From Lobosporangium transversale (taxonomy: Eukaryota), in assembly GCF_002105155.1 (NCBI RefSeq), contig NW_019028979.1, positions 310,001-374,000 of the forward strand: a stretch of DNA of 64,000 nucleotides. The letters are read 5' to 3'. Under the pieces are notes generated by a model that did no database searches, was not told the DNA's origin, and saw only the letters and a program-made list of their open reading frames with translations. Positions 24,552 to 37,100 of the stretch are shown piece after piece (the stretch's first letter is position 1; every line of letters starts with the position of its first letter). A program made the position numbers and the translations under genes.

Positions 24552-26406
24552 ATGTCGTGCCCAGCAGGATATACTTTTGATTATGCCCAACGTCCCAAAC
24601 GTTTGCATGAAGCAGAAATCCCACTAGAGCGACAACGTTATTTAGGTCGACAGATTGCCTGGACCAAGAACCATGTCTCCGCAAGTCGCTTAGACGATCT
24701 TCGTTATATTGGTGATGATCTCGGTGATGAGGCATATATAGCTCTCAAATTGAAGCCAGGCGAGGATGCACTGCAAAAGTTGCTCGAATACACATCCCGC
24801 CCAGAGAGTGAACAAGAAAGTTCTGCGCCCCGTCGGCTATTGCAGCAATGTATGGAGGTGCCTGAATGGGTCGACTGGGAAAAAATGAAACGTGGTCAAG
24901 AGGTCGTCATGTAAGTTATAGAGAATTAAATCTAATTTTATTTGTTCATAAACATGCTCTTCCTTTCTCCCAGCACATGTCTGCAAAAGAATGAAGTTGG
25001 TGCTCTTTTATTATTCCCTTCAATCGATCCCACGCTTCCTTCGACCATTCACTGATTTGATTATCAATGATGGATGAGGCTCTTCATTCCTACTTCTACA
25101 CCTGGCTCACTTTTCTTGGAAAAAAAAATCAGAACATTTTAATCTAATGATTTTGTGCACAAGGAACACAAGCACAATGAGCACAGAATTTTATTTGGTT
25201 TTTCACGCTGAAGTTTTACATGGTTGTTGGATACTCATTTTATTTTTTCCGTCAATCTTGTCTATCTCGAATTTGTCATATAGGCGTTACTTCTTGTATA
25301 TGGCTCATATCATGGTCCACTTCTCGTTGACGTATAGTTTTACAGCACCCAAAACTAGCAAGGTCTTAGTTTCAACCGGATATCTATCCGGTGCAAAGAC
25401 ACGCATTCGCGTTTTCGAGACCGCTATTTTTGTCTTGGAATCAATCACTTCACTCGAGAATCTTCAACCAGGTACTGGTTGTGCCTGGAAATCCTATATC
25501 CAAGTCCGCTTCTTGCATTCCGCTGTTCGAACCCGTCTCGTACGAATGAGCAAGGCCCACTCCAAGTTCTATAATGTAGAGGAATGTGGTGTGCCTATCA
25601 ACCAAGAGGATTACCTGGCCACCTTGATGTCGCTCTCGGTCTCAATTTGGCAGGTCATGGAGACCCGCATGGGTGTTCATATGAACCAGGAAGAGAAGTC
25701 TGATTTACTGCATCTCTGGCGATACATTGGCCATTATGTCGGTGTTGAGGATGTCCTCAACGCGACCGCGGACCCTGTAGTGGCAGATGCGGTTTCAGAG
25801 TCTATTGCGATGCATTTGCTCGAACCAAATCCCGAGGGCGGCAAAGTCGTGGATTCCTTATTCAAAAACATGTCCACAACCTTCATTGGCCCCCGAACCG
25901 TCTCAAAATCGTATCGTCCTTCCCGCTATAGGATGCACATGGCATTGGCAGAACAACTGTTAGGCTCTGAAGTTTGGGATCTCTGTGAACTTCCTCGTAT
26001 CACACCTCTCTATAAATTTGTTCGCTTGTCGGTCTCATACTACATGAGGCTAGATCTTTGGATGGCTAGGAAATCAGACTGGTACTTCCGTACTCGAAGT
26101 GCCCTTGTGCATTACAAGGTCATACAGCGAATCTCGGGTCGTCTCGGCCATTCCCCCGATAACTATCGTCTGAAGGAACTGCCAGTTGATGGTGGAAACT
26201 ACACAGTCGCCTCTCACAGAGGATTCTTCGCTTCCTTGTTGCCATCCTCTATCACATCTACACCTGTTGTAACATCTATTGTGACCTCTGTTGGAAACCT
26301 ACAGTTTAAACAAAGCACCAGCAGTAGCAAAATCATGTCCATGTTCTTGACTACCGTCGCTTCCGCGGCTGTGTGTGTCGGCATTGCCATGGCCAAACGT
26401 TCATGA
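24552..26406 (+). CDS. ER-bound oxygenase MpaB/rubber-oxygenase (Lcp)-like protein (DUF2236 type), 2 exons (24552-24910, 25284-26406)
   Basis: VPEWVDWEKMKRGQ, KVLVSTGYL, RVFETA, VRFLHSAVR (expected heme-ligand His), GVPINQED, HLWRYIGHYVG, and a C-terminal hydrophobic anchor. Confidence 0.82.
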
Positions 26407-27071
26407 TTTGTTTCAAAGAAATAATCATCATAATAGTAATAACATTAATGGGAAAAAGGGCACGCCAGAGTGCCTAATAGACATCTCATTGTAAATATAA
26501 TTCATACATTAAAACAGTTTTGTACATTACATACATTACATTCATTAAACATTAAAAAAAAGAAAAAAAGAAAAAAAAAAACTTTTATCCATTCATTGCT
26601 GTGCTGAACATTCAATGATAGTCTTTGGGGCACTGTCGGGTAAGTACATGGTCATGGAGCGGAGAAAGAAAGTTAAACATTTAATACCACATCTAACCTG
26701 CCTAGCTTTGTTTCGTCTATTTTTTTTTCTGTATGCATGCATCATATAAAAATAACATGGGGGGTAGAGGGAGTTATTTCAGATCCCTATTTGACTTTAT
26801 TGATGATCCTGATTCACCCCTCTCCCTTCATGCAGGTGCAGGTAAATTTACAGAAAATACATGAATAGCATAAAAAGAGTTCAGAGGAACTTTATTTTAT
26901 TTTTCAGGCAATTATCAAAAGAAAAAAAAAGTAAGGCGATCAAAAAAGATAATGGGACAGAATTAGAACACATCCTCATCGCTTATCAGGCACAAACATA
27001 AATAAAAAAAAAAAATAAAAAAAAAAAAAAAGAGGGATGCCCTTCATTTTCAAATCCTATTTTTTTTTTTC

Positions 27072-29680
27072 TTATGCAGATGGAGGTGTAGGTGATGGTG
27101 AAGGTGGTGGCGTATCCATCGTAGGGGCTGATGATGATCCAGGGATATGCTCCTCATCTTGACCGGCAGCTTCTGTACCCAATAGTTCATGCAATTTGTC
27201 CTGGAAAGGCCGCTTACCCAACAAACGCTCCATATCTGCACGACTTAACACCTCCTTCTCCATCAACAGCTTGGCCACTTTCTCAACATCATCACGTTTC
27301 TCCGTCAACAGGTCTGTGGTCTTGCGGAATGCCCGATTGATCAGCGAACGGACCTGGTTATCAATCAACTGACCTGTCTGTTCACTATAGGGCTTAGTGA
27401 ACTGGTTCTCTTTGTCAGGGTTGCCGTATGATAATGGCCCAAGCTCGGGATCCATACCATATGTTGCAACTACAAGAAAGCAAAAAAATAAAAAATAAAA
27501 TAAAATAAAAAAAACCAGCGAAAGAAAGTGAACACATCTATGAGTAACCAACTCTATTCAGAGGAAAACAATAAGTGAAAATGCCCTCTGCAAACTTTAC
27601 CTTGAGCATATGCCATCTTAGTAACCTTCTGTAAATCGTCCTGTGCACCAGTAGTAATAATACCAAAGAAGATGTGCTCCGAGACGCGTCCTCCGAGGGT
27701 CATACACATGCGGTCCATCAGCTGGTTTGTCGAATACAGGTATTGATCCTTTGGCAAGTACTGAGCATATCCCAATGCTCCTACGCCACGCGGAATAATC
27801 GATACCTTCAACAATGGATCAGCATGCTCCAGATACCATCCTGCAACCGCATGTCCAGCTTCATGATATGCCACTGTCTTCTTTTCTTCTGGCGAAAGTA
27901 CCTTAGACTTCTTTTCCAGTCCCACAATAACACGCTCAATCGCTGCCTCGAAGTCTGCTTCCACGACCGTGTCCTTATTATGCCTTGCAGCAATCAACGC
28001 AGCCTCATTACAGACATTATGAATATCTGCTCCTGAGAATCCGGGTGTCAAGGCAGCGAGTTTCTGTGAGAGCTTATTGAGATCTTCGTCTGTCTTGATG
28101 GGCCTCAAATGGACCCTGAAGATATCCTGTCGACCCTTGATGTCAGGCCGATCAATGGCAATGTGGCGATCAAAACGACCAGGCCTCATCAATGCTTCAT
28201 CTAATACGTCTGGCCGGTTAGTTCCTGCTAAAACAACCACATGCTCATCCGACCCAAATCCATCCATTTCCACCAAAAGCTGGTTCAATGTACTCTCACG
28301 TTCATCATTGCCGCCAAAATGGCCTCCTTTACCTCGAGCCTTTCCGATAGCATCAATTTCATCTATAAAGATAATACAAGGTGCATGCTTCTTGGCGCTC
28401 GCAAACAAATCACGAACGCGTGAGGCTCCCACACCAACAAACATCTCCACAAATTCTGATCCAGAGACACTCAAGAAGGGTACTCCTGCTTCACCTGCCG
28501 TCGCCTTTGCCAATAGGGTCTTTCCAGTTCCAGGTGGCCCACTCAAAATAGCGCCCTTGGGGATCTTGGCTCCCAATTTTCTGTAGGCTTCAGGATTCTT
28601 GAGAAATTTTACAAACTCCATAATCTCAACCTTAGCCTCGTCCATACCTGCAACATCCTTGAACTTGACAGTGATATCCGTCTCCCGGTTGAACATCTTA
28701 GCTTTGGACTTGCCCACCCCAAAGATACCCTGTCCAGCACCTCCACCTCCCTTTTTAGCCATGTAAACAAGCACCCCGACAAGGAGTAGCGTGGGTGCAA
28801 AATGAAGTAAAGTGCCCAACACGTTGACTTCATCTCTGTACGAAACCGGGATCCTCTCTGAGCCAGGGATACCCAGTTCATTCTGAGCCTCCTCCATTTT
28901 ACGTTCAAATGCATCTACTGACCCAATACTAAAGGTATAAGTAGTTCCATAAGGTTGTCCCAACGTTCCAGGGATCTGACCCGGTGCATCAGGTCTTAAA
29001 TAAACCTTGACTCTGTTTCTGTTCAAGACCACAAGACGATCAACGAGACCACGATCTAAAAATGTCGACCTGAATTCTTGCCATGTGATTTCGCGTGTAT
29101 TATCAGAGACAGAGAGAGCCTTGTAGAGAACATAGGTTGTGAAAGCAATTGGCAGGACTGTGTTGGGATTGATGTTCATGCTGTAGAATGGGCCCTCGGG
29201 GGGTGGAGTAGGCTTGCGATTGGATGGACGGTGGTTACCATGGCTCCCACTACTATTACTACCACTTTGATGACCGTCATGATTGCTTTTATTGTTGCTG
29301 TTATTGTTGTTAGTGCTCTTGCTCTGATCTCCGCTGCTGTTAGAGCCCTTATTTCCGCTTGATCCAGACCTAGATGCCTGTTGAGCTTGTTGACCATTAC
29401 TATTTTCGATCTTCTTGGCCGCATCCTTGAAAGCTTTTCCAAAAAAGTTTTCAAAGCCTTTGGGGGTATTCTCAGGTATGTTATTGCCACTGCCATGACC
29501 CTCTCCATGCTGCTTAGGTGGCTGCGGTCTCTCAGCTGCATAGTAGCGCGTCTGGGACTGTATACGACGACTAAGCAAACCAGATCTTGTGGCTGCAGTG
29601 ACAGTAGATGTGAATCGAGACAAAAGACCTCGTCTGTTGGATGCAGACAAGGTGGATCCCCGTGCGATGAAAGCACTCAT
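27072..29680 (-). CDS. Mitochondrial m-AAA metalloprotease (FtsH family, AFG3/YTA12-type), 2 exons (29680-27601, 27469-27072)
   Basis: Arg/Ser-rich presequence, EITWQEF, two TM segments, Walker A GPPGTGKT, Walker [27 protein letters not shown] zinc motif, TTGAQDDL. Confidence 0.95.
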
Positions 29681-29937
29681 GGCGACGAAATTCTTTGCGC
29701 GAGGTGAAGGAGAGGAGCGAAAAGAATGAGATTTAAGAATGTAAGAATGGAGAAATGTATTTCTCGACAATGTTTGCATGCTTAATTTAAAATCGCCTTT
29801 TCCGGACAAAATTTAATGTATCCATTTGATCGGACTGCAAGTTTACCCAGTCCAAATCACGCGCATAAATATTTCATAGAAAGACTATCTCAACTTTTTG
29901 CAGGTTGGAAGAAAATGTTTATTAACTTATAAACTCA

Positions 29938-30756
29938 TCAGCGACTACGTGATGAACGACTGCGGTGACGACGTGCACGAGGACGAGGGCTGCGAGGTCC
30001 AGACGATGAACCTGAGCTCGAATCAGAATCTGAAGAGTCCGAGTCCGAGTCCGAGTCTGAATCTGAAGAGTCCGAGTCCGAATCTGAAGAGTCCGAGTTC
30101 GAATCAGACTCAGAACTATCCTGCTCTTGTGCCATAATGTTCTTGGGGGCGTTCTATTTAATATATTGAGTACAGTTCCAGGCAGTTCATTTAGTGTCAA
30201 ATAAAGAATAATAATGAATAATGGCTCTTCTTTAAGATAAAACTTCACAAAAGACAATTATGTTACCTTCAAATGTTCTCTCAGGTCTGTTGTCAGAGCT
30301 CCCAAACCAATTGATGTAAAAAAATTGATTGCAAAACGCGTGTTCTTGGGGTTATCTTTGGGGAACAATCCTGCAAACCATTCTCCGAACCGAGGATCCT
30401 TAACACGTTCATCCAACTTCTTCAGACCTAGAGACTCGACTAAATCCTGAAACAAGATCTTAATAAAAATACGTGAGCTGCTAGTCGTCTCCTCTTCATT
30501 CAAGTGAATCGAAGACAGTACACTCCAAGACAAGGCATCTGTAGACATGAGATGACCAAAGTACTTGGCCACATTGCGAAGCGGGTTTGTCTCCAGACGA
30601 TGAATCGTTTCATAATTGGTCACAAAGCATTCCTGAAACGCCTCTGCCCAGTCCCGGTTAATCTTTGAGAAACGTTCTCCCACTAGTCCAAAAAACTTTT
30701 CATATGTCCGCTCTTGCGAACAACACTCGATAAGCATGTTTGCGAGTTCGATCTAG

Positions 30757-30791
<35 letters not shown>

Positions 30792-32878
30792 GCGTTTAGT
30801 TCATGTAATCCAAGTTGTACACCTTCGCCAATCTTTGACCAAATCATTACCTGTTGTCCGGGCTCAAGCTTGATCAACAACAACTTGTGACAACACTCCT
30901 CAAAATTGAGCGAACTCTTAATTGTAAGATAGATTGTCTTTCGAAGATTCACCAAATTAGTATTAGTCCTATCCTGGATTTCCATTTTTTTCTGTAATGA
31001 TTCGCGACTCTCCTCCTCTTCTTCATCCTCATCCTCATCTGATTCTTCAGAGCCTTCTTCATCCGACTCTTCCTCTCCCAGAATTTCTGCTTTAATCTGG
31101 GTATATTTCTCTTCATTTGTCAAGTAGTCAGGATCATACTTGAAAACATCTATATTGCAGTAAAGGGTATAGAACATGAATCAATACTTGATCAAAAGAA
31201 GGCAACATCACAAAACAACTTGGACACTCAGAGCATATACTTACTGAGCCCTTCCATAGGGTCCAGATCCTCCTCATCTAGCCTGAGAGTATGTGTAATT
31301 TGTTCATCGTCGTCGACTAAATCTAACTCTGGGGCAATTGGCGGATTTTCCTTATATTTGTCCTTGCGAATCTGGAAAAGAACTTCGACCATGTACTGCG
31401 TACGTTTTTCGATTTTACCCTCGTGTAATATAGTGCGTAGTCGCTCAAAGACATATTCATTTTCTTTAGAGGCTTCTTGTGAAAGAAAAGAGCCAACCTC
31501 CTTCATAAATCCGACTGCAATCTCAATCGAGTCATCTGTAGGCTGACCCAACAATAAGATCAACATTTCAAGCGCCAAGAGAACATGTCCCACCCATTGG
31601 TTAGTCAACTGCGCAATGAATGTCGTAGTCGCAAGACAGGTTGTCTTGTCATTTCTCTTGTATGCTTTCCTGAACTGAATGATAAGACGAGTCAATAACA
31701 GTTCTCCGATCTGTGGAAGCTTTGTGTTAATGACAGCCACAACAGCGGCATATACTGGAGTGAAGGGCATGGAAGCAGCTTGTGCTTTCATAATCGACTT
31801 GCAGAATAAGCCCCGCCCACGAACCAAGTTTTCGCCAAACAATTCTGGCAAGATTGCTTTGATATTGGAAGCTGTCACCTATATGGATATATAATTAGTC
31901 CGTAGTAAATAAAATAAATAAATGGGTCCGCATTGTGCCTGTATCAACGCTTCCTTTTATCTCTATTATGCTCTTGGAAAGAGTAATGTTACCTTATTAA
32001 TCAGACCATTAATGCTCTTCTTTAATGCCTCCCATGCTATCCTCTGGTATTCTTTTGAACTCTTATCCGTGATTTGCTCCTGCATCATACGAAGTCGAGC
32101 CGGGGGAATATATGCCCCTCCAGTACGGGTAGTTGTCAAAAGTTTTTTCATCTCTGCTTCCGGATCTTGTTTAGGTCTTGGTACTACCGGCTCTCTTTCC
32201 ATCATCTGTCTTTGGCGCTCGATACGACGTGCTACAGAAAAGTCGTTTACGAATGGGGTAGTGTGTTCATGCTTACTTCGCTTACGCTCTCCATTTTCAC
32301 GTACTGCTCCAGCGCCACTACGGTCTCTAGAGCGATCTCTAGAGCGATCTCTAGAACGATCTCTAGAACGGTCTCTTGAGCGGTCTCTAGAACGGATTCT
32401 AGGACGATCTCTAGAACGATCTCTATAGCGATCTCTAGATCGGTCTCTGTCATCGTCTTTGCGGCTCCTTCTTGAAGGTGGTGGTGGAGGGGATGAGGCA
32501 TCAATCGAGGCTGCTCTACGTTTATTATTAGACCGATCTGGTGGCGGCGAGGAAGAACGAGAGCGAGAACGAGAACGAGAAGCTGAGCGTATAGTTGATT
32601 GTGAGTGTGTGGGTGACGATGAACGTGATCGCATAGGTGAGCGTGAAACCGATGGTGAAGCTGATGAAGATCTACGTTTTCTTTCCGTTGGCGATGGCGA
32701 TCTACTCATGGATCGAGACATGGACCTAGCAATACGATTTAATAAGGAAGGCCAATAAACAAGATGCAATAATTGATAAGGAATAAGTGGAAATAGATGT
32801 GGGTAAAGAAGTAAAGACGAACCTGCTGGCCCGCTCTGATGTAGTCTGCCCCTTGGTATTGTCGTTCTGGCCTTCCAT
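29938..32878 (-). CDS. CWC22: Pre-mRNA splicing factor CWC22 (MIF4G plus MA3 domains), multi-exon
   Basis: [101 protein letters not shown], with RS/SD-rich termini. A first exon at 32878-32823 splices in frame to 32725. Confidence 0.95.
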
Positions 32879-33443
32879 GAGAGGGACAGTTGATGAATAG
32901 TAATGAGGTGAAAATATGATTAGAGAAAATGCAAAGGCCCAAGAATGCATCAAAGCATCAAAGAGAAGAAATAAAGTCTGTCAGATCTGCCGCGCCTCGG
33001 TGCAGCAAGAGCGATCATATCGCTTACTAATACATCATATTGTATCACATGATATTTTACGACGAATTAAATAACTAAATAGTTAAATAGACGAGTCCAC
33101 AAAGCAACATGGACGTGTTCTCGTTAGTCTTGTGAAGTTGGCGGATCCGTCTCTTGTATCTTTGATCCTGGGTTTATGGAACCCTTGAACAAACTCGGGG
33201 CAGCCTGAGGCAACATCTTCAAAGCATGTAGCCATCTAAGCTGCGATGAAGGTTCAAAGGATCTTTATCATCGTATTGTTAGGTCGGGACAAAGTTCGCA
33301 GCATGAACGTAATGCATTTCATATTTAAAGAGTGACCATGCAAAATAGAGATTTTTTTTTTTTTAGATAGTTTATTGAAGGATGGCTCTCTCTTTTTTTG
33401 TTTCAACACAAATCAGCGCTATTTAAAGGCACCGATGACCACT

Positions 33444-34185
33444 TTACAGGGGCTTAGCAGTCTGGGTGGAGGTAACCTTCTTACCATCCTATGTTTTACA
33501 AAAGTATCGATGATCATTAGCATAATAAAAAAAAGGTTGACATGGGAGACTTGATAACATAGAATACAAAAGTTTTTTATACCTTGAAGCGGAAGCGTGG
33601 TGGAGGAGCACGGTTGCGGCGACCCTCACGGGAGCGAACACGGACAATGTGGGCGTGAACGGCGCAAGAGATGCAGTAATGGATCTTGATGTAGAACTTG
33701 GGGAGAGTGTACTCTGTTGGTTGTAAAAAACGGCATTGTTAGCTCGTGCGAGTGTGTAAAATGCATGATAGTGCTTATTGAAGTAAATGGCAAGTATAAG
33801 CTTATATTCATGTCGTATGATGTTCCCTTTTAGTGCCTTTGCATTACAAAATCATGATGCAAATGTATGCCAAAATGTGAAAAGCTGGCTAACATGATAT
33901 CCTGATCCCGACCTCCACCGCACATTGTCCCGCATAATAGTTATGTCGAAAAAAAAATATCCCTTAGAATTGATAGTGAATTGGTAATGCCTGTTGAGAG
34001 TCCTTACCCTTGTAAACAAGAGCCTCAGTGATGTCACGGACGGCAGCCAACTCGACCATAGGGCGGACAGTGTAGCGCTTGATTGCCTTATCCTTAGGGA
34101 CGCAGCGAGAGCAGTTGGAGCAGCGAACGGGCTTAACGTGGCCGCGACCGTTCTTGTTACGTCCGTGATTTCTTCTCTTGAAGGT
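33444..34185 (-). CDS. RPS26: 40S ribosomal protein eS26; exons 34185-34008, 33713-33583, 33488-33444; ATG-only first exon not located with confidence
   Basis: Spliced translation [38 protein letters not shown]...[48 protein letters not shown]. Not shown in the ORF track. Confidence 0.95.
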
Positions 34186-37100
34186 CTGTAAAGAAAAAAT
34201 AAAAAAATAAAAAAATGGGTAGTGAGGTTAAATAATGTGGTACTGAAAAGTACAGAGTTTGAAAGTGGAGTCTTCCTCTCCCTTTTCCTTCCTTGTCGTT
34301 GACTTTTTGAGTCCATTGTTGTCCTAGAAACTTTATGGATGATCCTTTTGCATAAAGATTGCTCCATCGCTTCATAGCACCTCTGTAGCATCTTAGAATG
34401 GCGTTCCATGTCTGCCTTGTTGCTCAAGCTGATTAAATACTGTATAATGTCACTACTCAAACACTATATTTCAGTAGATCAATCAAGGCTCCTTCCTGAC
34501 TTTGTAGGCTGAGTCATATAAAGTTTTTGTACGAGTGATATTGCTGCTTTTCACCAGCCTAAGCACAAGCCTGATATAAAATGTTCTCCTATTGTTTTAT
34601 TCATCTCAACTCTTTTCTTGTAGAATCAATGGAGCATGCATTGTGCTGCATCTTTCAATGCTCCGCCATGATAAATTGATGTCTCTGATCCCACACTAAA
34701 TAATATGATATAAGTTGATAGCCGCTTCTTTTCAGTAGTGATGATATTGAGAGTGGATCGATGCGTTTGACGGATCCATGGATGCGTTGGATGTGATGGA
34801 TGGGTGTCTAATCTTTTCCTCTGTATTTGGGACTGCAATTCTAATTCTATAGAATACTTTCCATGATGGAAGTGAAAGGAGGAACTTCTGCTTCCACATA
34901 CGTGCCCACATAAAACTCAGCAAGCAATAATAAAATCGATTCTACCCCTTAATATACACCGGTATTTTTTTTGGCCAGATTTCCTTCTCCATATTATTAC
35001 AGCTGAAGCTTTTTTGCATGCGTTTAAATTTTCTGGCCATGTGCGATCACGTTCACAAGCGCGACGACAGTGTCGCTTGTTCTAGCTCACCCGCTATCGC
35101 TGTCATTGTTAATATGTTGTTGCTGCTGTTGTTGTCAGCTTCATCCTAATTGTGGCAATAACTGCCAACAGGCCAAATGAAAAAGAACAGAGAAATAAGA
35201 AAACAAGAAACGTCTCTCCTCCTGTAAGGCGTTCATGTTCAACATGGACTCATGCCAACCAATGCCACATGATAAGTCAAAAAGTGGCAAACTCGACAAA
35301 TATCTTGGCAATTGGTGGCGATGATTGTTGCTTTATAAGGAAACCGTCGCGGAAAGAACCGCTATTCTCATTGCAAATTCTTTGTTTATTGTGTCATTAT
35401 TGATGGTGCTTCCCCTTTTCTTTTTTTCTTTGAATACCATGCTTTTTGTATTGCGGGGGGCTTGGTCGTTAGTTCGTCATCCACAATGGCACATCATGCA
35501 CATCCAAAAATCTTTTTTGTGCACTGTTGCACATCACACGCAACAGATTATTTACACAGTACACGCAACATACACACACATACACAAAAGACATGTTGGG
35601 TGAAAAATCAGTGCTCGCTTTTTTGCATAAAGTTCTACGGCGTGGGTGTGTGAGCTCGTGTTTATCGAGATATCACTGAGATTAGTGAGATAGACAACAG
35701 CAAGGTCGATTCCCGCCATTTCTGAATTCTAAACAATTAACGAGGGAGGAAACATGGTCAGTTGACGACCACAAGGATAGAAAAAATTGACGACGACATT
35801 TGAGTGTAAACAAGCTGTTCTAATATTCATGAAAAAAGGGGCCAAGGAGTAAGCGAGCAAAAGTCTCCTTTGTAGTTGACGAGAATGATGGGCATTCTCT
35901 CTCGCACCGCCCAAGGCCATATTCATGCAAGGAGCCACGGGACGTCCCCCTATGTAAACGGGGCATATCGTATAAAAATGCCAAGTACATATCATATCTC
36001 TCGCTTATTTTTTCCGCAGTCTTTCTAACAAGGAAAAATAAAAGAAATATCACGCTTAAAAAGCGCAACTGAAGACGGATGGTGGATTAAGACGTTTCTT
36101 TGCCTATCACGTTTTCTGTATCGGTATTTGTTTATTGACCCACAGTCGTCGATGTGAGAAATAACCAAATATTGTAGAAACACATGTATGTATCAGGCCA
36201 TGCTTCTTGTGAGAAATTCTACATCAAATGCTGAGCTTTTCAGGATGCACCAAAGTCATTAGAAGCCCGTGTTTGGCTACAATTTATTATTCTTCGATGA
36301 CCATTAAGAGTGCAAATTCTGATGCAACACTCACCACAGGGCCATCTTATAAATCGGGAGCCTTAGTGCTGATACAATGCATCTCTGTTCTGTGGTCTGT
36401 TACGCTATTTGTTAATGCTGATCTGTAGATGTGAAATGTCCCCTCGCTTTTTATGCTACAAACAGAACTTGGTATAAATATACGTGTTGGATCTTGTCGC
36501 TATTTGTAGCCCCTATTCTTTCCCTTAAACCGATGCGAGATATCTTCCTCTACAGAGTATCTTTTCGCATTGACTGCATTACTCTTGGATTCCTCCATAC
36601 TTTATAGCTGCAATTAATCCCTTTATTCATAGTGTTGTTATCGCTCATTTCGATTTGCACAAATTTTTCATTGATGATCGATCAGGACGGAGAACCTAGT
36701 TTGTAATCTTGTTAGTTCAAATGGCGCCCATGTTGTACTGCATACATCTATGCAATACTTCCCCGACGGTAAAGAACATTTTCTTGTTTGTTTATTGTTG
36801 TTGTTGTCGTTGTCGTTGTCGTTGTCGTTTTTTTTTTTTTTTTTTTTTTTTTTAATCACAACTCTGGACCACGCACAAATTAGAGCATTAATGAGGTGAT
36901 TATTGGAAGCATGGACCATGAACTCGAAGCCATTGGTTAGGGTTTCGAGCGTGAATCAAGTAGCTTGCGACTTGAGGCTAAAAAGAGCCATGCGATTGTT
37001 CTAGATATATATGTATATATTATATATCCATTCATTCCTTGATATTGTATTCAGTTGACAGAACATACATGTGTATATATACTTGCGCACAAGCGCGGTC

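Noticed and set aside
28077..28586. 169-aa plus-strand ORF
   Set aside because: Antisense shadow of the conserved AAA domain of the m-AAA protease.
32320..32445. 12-bp tandem repeats (CGATCTCTAGAG-like)
   Set aside because: They encode the RSRD repeats of the CWC22 N-terminus; coding low complexity.
33489..34007. snoRNA in RPS26 introns 2-3
   Set aside because: No properly paired C (RUGAUGA) and D (CUGA) boxes or clear H/ACA structure were found on the sense strand.
36930..36945. GGTTAGGGTT telomere-like motif
   Set aside because: A single unit only, as expected by chance.
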